Shown here: in pieces, positions 27,642-40,278 of the stretch
Layout: each line of letters opens with the position of its first letter
How positions within the stretch are numbered: the first letter of the stretch is position 1
NCBI RefSeq assembly: GCF_006345805.1
Contig: NC_043002.1
Span: 106,640,001-106,704,000 of the forward strand
Length of the DNA stretch: 64,000 nt
Origin: Octopus sinensis
Lineage: Eukaryota
Direction of reading: 5' to 3'
The notes under the pieces: model-generated
Databases searched by the model: none
What the model saw: only the letters and a program-made list of their open reading frames with translations
Told to the model about the DNA's origin: nothing
Position numbers and translations under genes: made by a program

Positions 27642-27948
27642 GCGCTACTTGACATAATTGTGAGTGAGTGTCACTGTCATACATGCAGTGTCATTCATTT
27701 CCAATCTTCCATAAAAACATGTCAAGTCATGGGGAACTACTACTTTATTGAAAACAGGTGAGGGTAGGTGACAGGAAGGACATCTGGCTCTAGAAAATCT
27801 GCCTCAATGTCCTTCCTGTCACCTACCCTCACCTGTTTTCAATAAAGTAGTAGTTCCCCATGACTTGACATGTTTTTATGGAAGATTGGAAATGAATGAC
27901 ACTGCATGTATGACAGTGACACTCACTCACAATTATGTCAAGTAGCGC
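27642..27948. repeat. Perfect 142-bp inverted duplication with a 23-nt loop
   Basis: By eye, 27642-27783 is the exact reverse complement of 27807-27948. The sequence derives from a decayed SINE tail. Confidence 0.92.
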
Positions 27949-28103
27949 ATGCACGCACACACACTCCTACGTATTCTCCTCATCAACAACTTCTCATAAT
28001 ATCATTTTCATGTCTATTATTTTTGCCACCAGAATTGACAAGTGTCATTATTGTTCGGTCTTCAACCATTGGGCAATATGCTGTGCTTGAGAAGACCTGT
28101 TAA

Positions 28104-28322
28104 CCCTTTTGTTACCAACCCAGCTGAAACCACCTCTGGCTCTGAGTACAAATGTCTTGTTTTCAATAGTTTTGAATTAAATTTTCCACCAAACATTAGT
28201 CACAATTTATGTTCCTAACACTAGCTGAATGATAACTAATTTATTTTACTAAATTCTTTGTTATATTTAAAGTAATTGAAAGAAACACAGAGCATCGCAA
28301 AATAAATACAGTAACGAAAGGG
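28104..28322. mobile_element. piggyBac-like MITE nested in an RTE 3' UTR copy (28050-28632)
   Basis: TTAA|CCCTTT(T/C)GTTAC...GTAACGAAAGGG|TTAA. Confidence 0.85.
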
Positions 28323-28654
28323 TTAAGTCAAATGAAATCATTGTTGTGGCTGATGCCAGTACTGCCTGACTGGCACCTGTACTGGTGGCATGTAAAAAGC
28401 ACCATTCGAGCATGGTTGTTGCCAGTGCCACCTGACTGGCCCCGTGCCGGTGGCATGTAAAAAGCACCCACTACACTCTTGGAGTGGTTGGCGTTAGGAA
28501 CAGCATCCAGCTGTAGAAACCTTGCCAGGTCAGATTGGAGCCTGGTGCAGCTTTCTGGCTTGCCAATCCTCAGTCAAACTGTCCAGCCCATGCCAGCATG
28601 GAAAGAGGATGTTTAACAATGATGATGATGATGTTTATATATATATATATATAG

Positions 28655-28981
28655 AATTAAATAATAAGGGTAGAAATTGATGTTAGTAGCTTAGCATATT
28701 TAAAAAATCCGAAGATTAAAAATTGTGATACATATAAAATTTAGAGGAATGACCACTAAAGTGGACACCCTATATGCTAAACATAGACGTCAAATCGCCA
28801 TTACCACGAAGGTAATCATTTTTATTTCGTATGTTTTCATTTGTCTTGCTCACTTTTTACATTTTGGCGTTTTGCTGAGATTTTTTTCTTGAGAACACAT
28901 TCTTTGTGGTAATGGTGATTTGACGTCTATGTTTAGCATATATGGTGTCCACTTTAGTGGTCATTCCTCTTAATTTTATAT
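28655..28981. mobile_element. Unclassified TA-embedded element with ~80-bp inverted arms
   Basis: Arms at about 28733-28810 and 28902-28981; homologous to the 52305-52699 element. Confidence 0.65.
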
Positions 28982-29053
28982 TTATATAGATATAGATTCT
29001 TTATCACATCAATGCCTTTTGTCAAGTAGTGGTGGGGGACATTTATATATATA

Positions 29054-29442
29054 CTAGCAGTATCGCCCGGGTTTGTAAGGGAAATAACTATATAAGCATT
29101 TTTAGAGAGCTATAGCCAAAAAATAGCAAAAAAAAATGCATTAAAATGGAAAAAAAATGATGGTAAATTTTTTTTTAAATCGTTGACTCATCGTAGACAT
29201 TTTTAGAGAGTTACTTCCCTTATATAATAGCGAAAAAATGCATTAAAATGGAAAAAAATGATGGTAAATTATTTTTAAAATCGTAGACTCATCGTAGTCG
29301 CGCGCTAATACCCAGAAGGGCTCGATATAAATCACGTCTATAAGATACCCGCTTTTGGTTACATTGCACCGCAAAATGTGGGTGTAGTTAGGAATCTAAA
29401 TCGTAGGAGACAGACACACAACTTGACTTTTATATATAAAGA
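29054..29442 (-). mobile_element. Non-autonomous Helitron-like element
   Basis: Minus-strand TC start; CCCGGGCGATACTG-CTAG end; internal ~100-bp-period duplication. Confidence 0.75.
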
Positions 29443-30654
29443 TATACATATACAATGGGCTTCTTTAAGTTTCCGTCTGCTAAATCCGTTGACAAAGCTT
29501 TGGTCAGCTTGAAGCTGTAGTAGAAGACACTTGCCCAAGGTGTCACAAAGTGGATCTGAACCTGGAAGCAAATGTCTTCTCACACAGCCATGCATAGAAA
29601 GATTTTCTTAAAAGTTATTACAAAAGCAGAGTGACACGAGCCTTTTGGACTGAAGTTTACATATTGTGTGTGTGTGTGTGTGTGTGTAAGCACTTTTGTT
29701 CAATTCTTGAAACATGTTTATCCCATAACGTGTGTTTTACACACACAATATGAAAACTGAATTCCAACAGGTTTGTGTCATTCTGTTTCTTCTCAGATTG
29801 TTTTGAGAAAATATTGTGACTGTATCAAGTAATATTTGCAAAACATTTTAATGTGTGTGTCTACTTACACTTGTGTATGAGGATACATGTATGTATACAT
29901 ACATACATACACAGTTGAGTGTACATATATGCATGCGTGTATATGTATATATGCACATACAGACATGTCTACATATATATGCACACACAAACAAATGCGT
30001 GTGTTGTGGGAGGTTACATATTGCAATTAAAGCCCCTGAGGTGGTTGGTTAAACTGTGTCAATGCATGTGTGGGGCGGTGGAGTATTAAAGTGGGCCCCA
30101 GGGGCGCTTGTTCTGCCTGTCATGTAAGCTACCAACATAATAAGCTGAAGTATCATATTTTAGGAACAATACATTGCCCCAACTCCACCTACACCAACAT
30201 AACCAGTAAGAATTATCTGTTAAGCTTCATTGTACGAGCCATGCAGGGTCTGTCATTACTTTGGTTAAAATTCCTTCATTATCTGCCCTCCACCCCTTAC
30301 TTAACTCCCCCCACCTGTTTGTCTAGTATTCAGTCCATATTCCCCTCTCCCCGCCGCCTGTGGTTTTGCTTTTCTTGCTCTTCATCTCCCCATCCCCTTC
30401 GCTGTCCCCCTCTCTCTTGCTTATTCCTTTCTTCTTTCAAATGTCTGCTGAGGCTTTTACGGGGAGTGGGAGTTGTAACTAATTCCTACTGGCATAACTC
30501 GACAAACATCTACATGCATTCAGACAGCACACACACATACATGATGCATACATACACATCACATACATTTATACATATTGACAAGCACTCACATGCAGTA
30601 AACTTTCACATGTAAACATGTATGTGTGTGTGTATTCACATATATATTCTTTTC

Positions 30655-30881
30655 TTTTATTCTTTTACTTGTTTCAGTCATTTGACTGCGGCCATGCTGG
30701 AGCACCGCCTTTAATCGAGCAACTCGACCCCGGGACTTATTCTTTTGTAAGCCCAGTACTTATTCTATCGGTCTCGTTTGCCGAACCGCTAAGTAACGGG
30801 GACATAAACACACCAGCATCGGTTGTCAAGCAATGCTAGGGGACAAACACAGACACACAAACACATACACGCATATATATA

Positions 30882-30955
<74 letters not shown>

Positions 30956-31126
30956 CATATATACGACGGGCTTCTTTCAGTTTCCGTCTACCAAATCCAC
31001 TCACAAGGCTTTGGCCAGCCCGAGGCTATAGTAGAAGACACATGCCCAAGGTGCCACGCAGTGGGACTGAACTCGGAACCATGTGGTTGGTAAACAAGCT
31101 ACCTACCACACAGCCACTCCTGCGCC
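30655..31126 (-). mobile_element. SINE family A, full length
   Basis: CpG-retaining reverse copy with an expanded central (TA)n. Confidence 0.9.
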
Positions 31127-32193
31127 TATATATATATATCATCATCTTCATTGTTTAACGTCTGTTTTCCATGCTGGCATGGACTGGACGCTTCGACTGG
31201 GGTCTGGGAAGCCAGAAAGCTGCACCAGGCCTCAATTTGATCTGGCAGTGTTTCTACAGCTGGATGCCCTTCCTAACACCAATCACTCCAAGAGTGTAGT
31301 GGATGCTTTTTATGTGCCACCGGCATAGGAGCCAGTCAGGTGGCACTGGTATCGACCACATTCGGATGGTGCTTTTTACATGCCAGCCTATATATATGTA
31401 TAAGATACAGATAAGGAAATGATTTATTCTCAAACGCAGAATAATGCTAACAGAATAGCATAAAAACACCTGTGCTGGTGGCATGTTAAAAGCACCCAGT
31501 ACATACTGTGAAGTGGTTGGTGTTAGGAAGGGCATCCAACTGTAAAAACCATGCTAACACAAACAGAATGGAGCCTGGGCAGCTTCTGTCAAACCAGCTC
31601 CTGTTAAACTATCCAGTTCATGTCAGCATAGAGAACAGACATTAAATGATAATGAAATTTTCTACATGGTGGGGTCCTAATTCCTTCCACGGAGGCTGGC
31701 TACAAGTTTGGATTCTGTCAAGAGAGTACCCTAGATGCACCACACATCTTGCTATCATGCCTTCTGAGCCATTGACCATATTCGGTTCCTTGTGCACATA
31801 AGGGCTCACATGCCCTGGACAGCAATCCTTCCAAGATTGCTTGATGCCCTCTTTAGCTTTGCTCATTAACCAAAGTGAGGTACTGTAGCATGGCCGTTGG
31901 TGTTTGCTACTGAATTCTGAGAGCCATAAGTGAGAGCAGTGTAGCAGTTAGAGATCTGTGCTCCTGTCCCTGTCTGAAAATGTGTGACTGACAGGTTTAC
32001 AAGTTTACACAAATACTACTCTTTATGCAGCACTACATCAAAAACCACTTCGCCAATATAGACTGCCATTAATTTCTCCAAACTCTGGGCGATTATTTTA
32101 TATATATGTATATATATATATTTACTATTGTACTTTTAAATTGTAGTTTTGTTTAATATTCTCATTCTGATGTTTTTGTTATTATTGTTTCAG

Positions 32194-32414
32194 ACCGTTG
32201 CCACATCGATCTTTGTATGGATGATATACTGTGGAGTGGTAGGGCTTGTGTTTGCCATTATAAAGAGTATCAACTATAAACTTCATCACATGTTCGACAC
32301 TTCAGAAGGCTTTGAAGAGGCACTGGACAAGTTTGCTGAGAAGAATACTTCACAGACCAAAGTTGATTCCCGTCGCTCCAGTGCCAAGAGTAACCACAAG
32401 AATGGCGATAATAG
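32194..32414 (+). CDS. pcnx: Pecanex coding exon 2 (TVATSIFVWMIYCGVVGLVFAIIKSINYKLHHMFDTSE...NGDN)
   Basis: T-rich tract plus TTTCAG acceptor, phase 0 matching exon 1. Encodes the second TM helix and the pecanex K..NY(R/K)LH..(L/F)D motif. AG|GTTTGA donor, phase 2. Confidence 0.92.
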
Positions 32415-32456
32415 GTTTGACTTTTGCTTATGTTTTAGTGCAGTGTTGTGTCTGTG

Positions 32457-32640
32457 AGGGCACGTGGCCTTGTGGTTAGGGTGCTGCATTCACAATCGCA
32501 AGATTGTGGTTTCAATTCCCAGACTAGGCAGTGCATTGTATTCTTGAATAAAACACTTCATTTTATCTTACTCCAGTCAACTCTTCTGTTAATGGGCAAC
32601 CCTGCGATGGACTGGTGTCCCGTTCAATGGAGACTGTTGT
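32457..32640 (+). mobile_element. tRNA/CORE-like SINE (family D-like)
   Basis: A-box-like TGGCCTTGTGGTTAGGG; B-box-like GGTTTCAATTCCC; decayed core; head similar to the 39472 copy. Confidence 0.65.
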
Positions 32641-34096
32641 GATCTTGGTCACTTACATGTCATGGAAACCAAATAACTGGCTGTAATGTGTCCCTGGACT
32701 CGAGGCAGTAATGTTCAGGGGTTGATGGTGTTTGTGTATGAGAACACCTTCATGAGCTCTATACAACACACAGGAATTGATATATACTCTGTATGCAAAT
32801 AGAGGTATAAAGGAATCCCTTGAAGTCACTGAAGGTATCTCTATGTGGTCACTTGACCTTCTAAACCCAACTTTGCACATAGGACCTGGCCTGTACATTT
32901 CTAGGATTTTTATCTTGCAAAACACCTGGTGACCCTGTTGATGGTGCCATGTAAAAAGCGCTGGTACTGGTGTCATGTAAAAAGCACCCAGGAAAGTGAC
33001 TGGCTTTTGAAAGGGCATCCAGCCATAGAAACCATGCTAAAACAGACTGGTTGGAGCCTGGTGTAGCTCCTGGTCTTGCCAGTTCCAATCAACCCATCCG
33101 ACCCATGCTAGCATAGAAAACAGACATTTAATGATGATGATTTGGATAAAAAAGTGCATCTTAAATGCCATTAAATACAATATTTTCCATATTATGGCCA
33201 GAGACACATCAATAGTTTGTATGACAACTTTCAGTGATCCTTTGACATGCCACATGACCATCCATAACTATACAACTATCGTTTCTGAAAAGATTAAAAA
33301 ATGGTCTGGAGGCTCAGATATTTTTCATTGAATGGCCTCAATCCTTGCATGATTTCTATGTGATAGGGAACATTGTATGAAATCATCCACTTCAAAAGAA
33401 TTCTAATGTTTCTAAATTGCTCTGTGTGATTAGATTTGTTTGTTTAAATATTTACTCACTGACCCACTCCTGTGGTCTTGATCACCACTTGTACTGATAT
33501 ATTTTACTATTGTTGATATAGGATTGTTTACTGTCCTAGCTAATACTTTGTGGCTGTTGGCATGGCCCTGTGGTTAAGAAGTTTGCTTTGCATTCATGTG
33601 GTTCTGGGTTCAATCTCAGTGCAGGACTACTATAACATTGAGTAATTCTGAGTCTTGACTGTGAAATTAAGTCCACAGGAACTGTGTGGAAGTTTATGGA
33701 ATGGATGGTAACTCTTCTCGATTGGTAAATTTATTCCATTCCTTGGTTTAATGCCACCACCCAGCCAGCCCTTGATTACATTTAGCAGAAGCCACTAGTT
33801 GCGAACATTGGAGTCAGATCTCCAGACTGAGGATAATTTCCTTCCTGTCCTCTGTCAATTTTAGAAACTCTGAAAAGAATTACGACTATGCCCTGCCATC
33901 GTTTTTAGTGTGTTGAAATAGCTTTTGAAATTACCTTTAAGATTCTGCTACTGGGTTACCCAGCAACAGACACATTCAAAGTATTAAGGAGACAGATGAT
34001 GTTCTGTTAATGGCTAAAACCCTCGTTGTTAGCAGTAATAGATGTGTGATGTGTTGATGTGATTATGATGATGATGATGATGGTGGTGGTGTTTAA

Positions 34097-34318
34097 CCCT
34101 TTCGTTACTGTATTTCTGTTGAGATGTTCTGTGTTTCTTTCAATTAATTTTAAATATAACAAAGAATTTAGGAAAATAACTTAGTTATCATTCAGCTAGT
34201 GTTAGGAACATAAATCGTGACTAAGGTTTGGTGGAAGATTTTAATTCAGAACTTTTGAAAACAAGACATATGTACTACAAGACCCGAGCCAGTTTCAGCT
34301 GGGTCAGTAACGAATGGG
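34097..34318. mobile_element. piggyBac-like MITE, opposite orientation to the 28104 and 43362 copies
   Basis: TTAA TSD, CCC/GGG termini, same internal sequence. Confidence 0.85.
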
Positions 34319-34900
34319 TTAATGAGTCAATCTCATGAGCTAAGGCATACAAGCATTGCAATTTGTCTCCTCCCTTTCCAATCATTAACACTTCTTCCCT
34401 TGCAGGGTTAGGGTTAGATCTCACCTGACAAACAGTGATTGGGCTATATTACTGAGTGGGACAATGGATGTTGTCTTGTCAGGAGTTCACTTCAAATTGT
34501 TTCAGCAGTTGACATTGTCAGAATAACATAAATGCAAACGATGGAGTCAGTCAGACTATGTCATTGCTTGACCTGTTAGAAATAGCTACTTAATTCCTCT
34601 CAAATCACACCTCTGCTACCATCTTATAAAAAAGAAGGTTACATTGGATAATGTAACTCTTGGATACAGTGCCTGAATAAAAAGGTGGGGTGATCATAAA
34701 TGGAATGTGTTTGATCACAGTTTTACATTGGGTCTGGAGGTAAATAACAAATGAATGTGGATTATGATGACAGTAATAATGTTGATGTTAATGATGATGA
34801 TGCTATTGTCCTGCCTCTGATATCTGTTATTTCTACAACTGCTTCTCCCTTTTTTCTTTCTTGTTTCTGTTGCGTGTACCTACTGGTCCCTGTCTAGCAG

Positions 34901-35073
34901 TGATTCTGAGGAATATATCGAAATGTCGGTGATGAATCGGTCTCAGAACTGTACAATCACCCCACCAGTCCATCACAGTTCAAGAAATTCTGTCATTTTA
35001 GAAACACAACCAGTTCACAAAGAGATAAATACCAGCCACCAACTTGATGTCGAGGATTCAAAAAATGATGCAG
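34901..35073 (+). CDS. pcnx: Pecanex coding exon 3 (SDSEEYIEMSVMNRSQNCTITPPVHHSSRNSVILE...KNDA)
   Basis: Polypyrimidine tract and TAGCAG acceptor, phase 2 matching exon 2. IEMS...TPPV..SSRNS matches the motif I recall from PCNX1. CAG|GTTAGA donor, phase 1. Confidence 0.87.
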
Positions 35074-36965
35074 GTTAGACAATTCTTGCCTTTTTCTTGC
35101 CTTAAAATACTGCACAGAGACACATATACATACATATAACTATACATACATAGATATATATATATACACACACATATAAACACAAGCACATTATACATAG
35201 ATAAAATCATAACTGTTATCACAAACAAAAGAACACAATATAAGAAGTAAAGTGAACTGTTTATTGTTATCTGCTTCACATTCACCATAGAACAGCATTT
35301 TGATTTTGCTGAACTATAATTAATTGCAGACTGTATGAATAAAAATCTGTTTAACCCTGTATCTAACTACACCTAAGATCAGAAATGATAGTGATAACTA
35401 TAGGTTCATGGTTTAAGTTTCTTGTCTCTGGTAAATTTCAAGTAGATCTGGAAACGATGAATAAATTTTGGTTTTGTTTGTGTCATGCAACTAAAATTCA
35501 TCCGTTGCAGAGATACTTTACTTCCAGGCTTATCTGATGGTTGCTATGCACAAGGTTCTTGCCATAGACTTGAAACATAAAATTATGGGCCTCTAGTTAT
35601 CCCCAGCTAATACATGATATATATATATATATATAATATAGATATAGAAACTGACAGACAGGGACAGTGATTTAACTAATGTACATACACAAGAAAATAG
35701 GAAATTTTGTATTGTAGTTGGTCGATGATCAGATGTAGTTTTGATTGCCATTATCAAATCTTGTTTTTTTCCCCATCTTTTACCCAACTAAATGGGTGGA
35801 CTGTTAACTCCGTGTGTGCCAGATGTTCAGGAACAGTTATTGTAAGAGTTGTTATCTGTTGGGGTTTTCCACAAAAGATAATTGGAAACAGGTGCAAGTG
35901 TACTGAAATGTTTTTGAAACAATTTTCCACCATTGTTTTCACTCACCACTGTTTCATGTCTGTTTGCTGTGCTGGCATGGGTTGGACAGTTTGATAAGAG
36001 CTGGCAAGCCAGAGGATTGTGCCATGCTTTATTGTCTGCTTTGGCATGGTTTGTACAACTGGATGCTCTTCCAAATTCAGCCGTTTTACAGAGTGTGGTC
36101 TGGGTGTTTTTTTACTTGGTACCAGCACTGGTGAGGTCACCATGTAACTTTGAAGAGAAGACCCCCTCAACAGAAAGAAGGAGTAGTATTGAGGGAGGTG
36201 GCTTCAGGATGACAAGGGGTTAGAGTATGAGTAGAGGGACAGAAACAGGCACTTTTGTTGTAGAGGAGATGCATGGGTACCACAATTGGGAAAGAGAGGA
36301 GGAGTGTGAGAGAAGATGGTGGTGAAGATGTGTTGGGGTGGACCGTATATATGAGATTTGGACTCATTTAACCTTAATCATAATAACTGTAAATGTTTTT
36401 GTATTTTCGATATAACATGTATCAAAGGAATTCCGAAACAAAAAAAAATAAAACGTATAGATAGATGTATGTGATTTCAGCTCTACTTATGAGTATTGAG
36501 CATTCTATGTGTATTGTATAAAGATGTACTGAGACATATATTAGAAAATATATACGTGTGATCATCATTTTCATCCTCATCATTGTTTTTACATCCTCTT
36601 CTCCATGCTGGCATGAGTTGGATGGGACCTTTTGAGATGGTATTTTACAGCTGGATGCTCTTCCACATGCCACCCTTTGCCTCTTACAACATATGGGGAT
36701 CCAGTGTACCTATTTTAAAAACAGATGCACGTTCGCAAATATGATTTTATGAAATTGTATTTATTTTGTGGTTCAAAAACATAAAAGTGTTTAAAATACA
36801 GGCTTGTCATGTATTTGTATAGTGGGACCATAACAGCAGGATAATAAAAATCTTGACTTGTTTCTGTGTGGTCTGTTTGTCTCTAACAAGAATTGTTTTA
36901 CTTACTTGACTAACACTTCAAGGATGTGCATGAATGCTACAACCCCACCAAATAATATTTCCCTC

Positions 36966-37000
<35 letters not shown>

Positions 37001-37748
37001 GTAATCAACTGACTTTCTACCTACATAAGAAACCGCACACATGTATACACACACACACACACACACATATCTGAATGTGTATAAATATATGTATGTATCT
37101 ATTCACTCTTGTATGTGTGTTTGTTCAATTGCATGTTCTATTTAGATGTATTATTATGTGTTGTCTGTTGTTTTTTTTTTATTACTTCTTTTGTGAATTT
37201 TGAATTATCCGAGTTTAATTCTATTAACAAGGAATACAAAACGTTTTACAAAGAAAAACACTGGTTAATTCTGTGATTCTTAATCTTTTGTGCTTTTGGT
37301 GGTTCCTGTATGTAAGTTCTCTAAAAATAAAATGAAAAAAAATGAAACCATCTAGATATGTACTCTTGTCCTGCTAATTTCATTACTTGAATGTCAATCT
37401 GAAATCATTCCCATCTTTTATTTAAACATGAAATCTCATAAATTATGCAAATGTTTGTATGTTAATGATTTTTATATATATATATATATATTTAATGTTA
37501 AATGTATATCTAATGTATTTGTGTGTAGAGAAAATCAGTTTGTTATAGAAATCAATGAAACGTTAAATGTCAAAAATATAAATATAAAAGATATTGAAAT
37601 GTTACCATAGAAACATTTTAGTAGTCTTGGGATTTCAGGTTAAGGACCCCTTTGCAAAAGCATTAAGAGGACAAGAGGGAACGATAGATCTTGTGTCCAT
37701 CATGTTGGCAGGTCGACTCATTGTGTTTGATATTTAGTTTATGTGTAA

Positions 37749-38112
37749 CTAGCAGTATCGCCCGGCGTTGCTCAGGTTTGTAAGGGAAATAACTATAAAG
37801 CATTTTTAGAGAGTTATAGCCAAAAAATAGCAAAAAAATGGAAGAAAATGATAGTAAATTTTTTTTTAGTTAAAAAATGTGGAGTTGCGGTTTGTGTTTC
37901 TGATTGTCGACCCCATGTCGAATTTATCGATATTTTTCAGAACTGGGGGAACTTTTCAAAATTTTCGCTGCGTTAGTTTTGAATTATGACATTGGGCTAT
38001 GTGTGTGTCAAGTTTCATCAGAATCGGTTGAAAGCCGTGGTCAGGGTGAGGGTACAAGCAAACAGACACACAGAAACACGCACAGACAAACTGCCGTTTA
38101 TATAGAGAGAGA
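37749..38112 (-). mobile_element. Non-autonomous Helitron-like element
   Basis: Minus strand A|TCTCTCTATATAAACGGCAG start; CCTGAGCAACGCCGGG hairpin and CTAG|T end. Confidence 0.8.
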
Positions 38113-39130
38113 TGTGGGGTTTGGGATTGCAGATTGTGCTCCGTGGTCTGTTAATGTCATTGGATGGACATTTGTAAGGAAGAGCTGGGTCACGAGTCTA
38201 TTCTAGCTGGTTGTTAGTTATTGGCTTGTGGAGATGCTCACTGATTTGGATCTGTAATGACCAAATCATGCTGACAGTGTAATATTTGCTGCATTTAGCA
38301 CTCTAGATCTGATATATGAGAGAAGTGTGTAGGCTCATATCCATGTTGCAGATAGGGCAGGTGGCCAGTGTGAATGAGTTACTGTTATCATGGCCTTCAA
38401 CAACAGTACAACTGCTCTCCACAAAGCCATGTATTAAGAAAGGCTAGATACACTTTAGGAACTTGCCTACAGAATGTTTATCAAAGAAATGGATTCCTGA
38501 CAACAGGAACCTATGTGTGTTGACCAACTGCTCTATTCCCAGTAATGAAGTGTCTACACACTCAGGTTGTCTATCAGAGTCTATGCTCTCAAAAGGGGCA
38601 GATGTAACATCGGTAGCATGATTTGGTTATTACACATCCCAATCAATAAATTTCCATCCACTTTCACTTTCAAAAAATGCCTTCAAATATGCTGGAACAA
38701 AATGAGGCCATTGCTGTTACTTTAATATTAGTAACTTGTGGATAAAGGAAATCATCTTGATCAAAAACTGCAATCCAACAATTGGTTAGAGTTGAATGTG
38801 TGCCAGTGGCTGTTATATATGATAGCCCATGAAACAACATTCCACTGCCTCAAATTCCACATGGTTACACATGTGGTAATTTGAATATCACGTACAGTGA
38901 TTCAATATGCCAATATAATGGGTCACAATTTACATCTTTCTGTCTTGTTCTTTTAATACCTTTGTAAAATAGAGGAGTTCATAACCGATATATTAAGAAT
39001 ACTTAAATATTTCCAAGTAGCATTTCAGTATCTTATTAATATTGTTGATATTTAATCTTGCATCACACTTGCCTTCTATAACACTAATTTTCTACAGATT
39101 CCACAATGCTTCAAGCAAACTAAATCTAAA

Positions 39131-39176
<46 letters not shown>

Positions 39177-39471
39177 GTGTATGTATATATATGAGTATGA
39201 TAAGCAGCATATTTGATTATCTTATGACTTTTGAAAATTCTATAAGCTCAAATACTTTGCCTTCTCAGTTACTATATTTCATGGCATATAAGGCGCATTT
39301 AAAAAAAAAGCAAAAACAAAATCTCCCCAAATCCCCCGGCCCTATATGGGAAGTTGAGTTTCCCTATAAGCTAAATTTGTCCTTAATGCTCACTACATTA
39401 GGCTACTAATTTTAATATAAATAGTCGCTTCTACCGAGCTTAACTTCATGATAGTATTTACTTAAACATTA

Positions 39472-39795
39472 TTATGGCTCAGTGGTTAGAGCATTGAGCT
39501 TACAATCGTGAGGTTGTGAGTTCGATTCCCGGACCGGGCTGTGTGTTGTGTTCTTGAGCAAGACACTTTATTTCACGTTGCTCCAGTTAACTCAGCTGTA
39601 GAAATGAGCTGTGACATCACAAGCTGTATCAGCCCCTTTGCCTTTCCCTTGGATAACATCAGTGGTGTAGAGAGGGGAGGCTGGTATGCATGGGCAACTG
39701 CTGGTCTTCTACAAAACAACCTTGCCCAGACTTGTGCCTTGGAGGGTAACTTTCTAGGTGCAATCCCAAGGTCATTCATGACCGAAGGGTATCTC
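39472..39795 (+). mobile_element. tRNA/CORE-like SINE family D
   Basis: TGGCTCAGTGGTTAGAGC A box; GAGTTCGATTCCC B box; TCTTGAGCAAGACACTT core. Confidence 0.8.
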
Positions 39796-40238
39796 CTCTA
39801 CTAGTATTACTTGTCCTGTAAAAGAATTATCATAACATTGGACATTTTATTACTGTAATAATGTGGGATATTTTCACTCTGGTTATTTCTTGCTCTACTT
39901 CTGAGGTACTTTTCTAATGTATTGCTAAATTGCCTTCAATATAACATGCTTTAATGCACTGAAACCATTCTCTCCTGAAAATGCGCTGCTGACGTTGAGG
40001 TGTGTCTTATATGCCATCAAATATAGAAGCTTAACAGCAATGGTAAAGACTATGGAATAGGGTTACATCTGTTATTGTATATTTTTAAATTCAAATGAAT
40101 GTAACTGACATTGAATATTTGCAGCACAGTAGCAAAGCTGTATAAGTAATAAAGAAAATTAAAATAGAGATAATCAAGCTTGCCTCTATCTTTGTTAATA
40201 GGTATATGTATATGTGTGTGTGTATGTATGTATATATT

Positions 40239-40278
<40 letters not shown>

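Noticed and set aside
30070-30615. 181-aa ORF
   Set aside because: Non-ATG start, low-complexity C/T and CA sequence, no recognisable domain or splice context.
39472-39545. tRNA gene (also heads at 1425, 4280, 32457)
   Set aside because: A and B boxes are present, but there is no complete cloverleaf and each runs into a SINE body.
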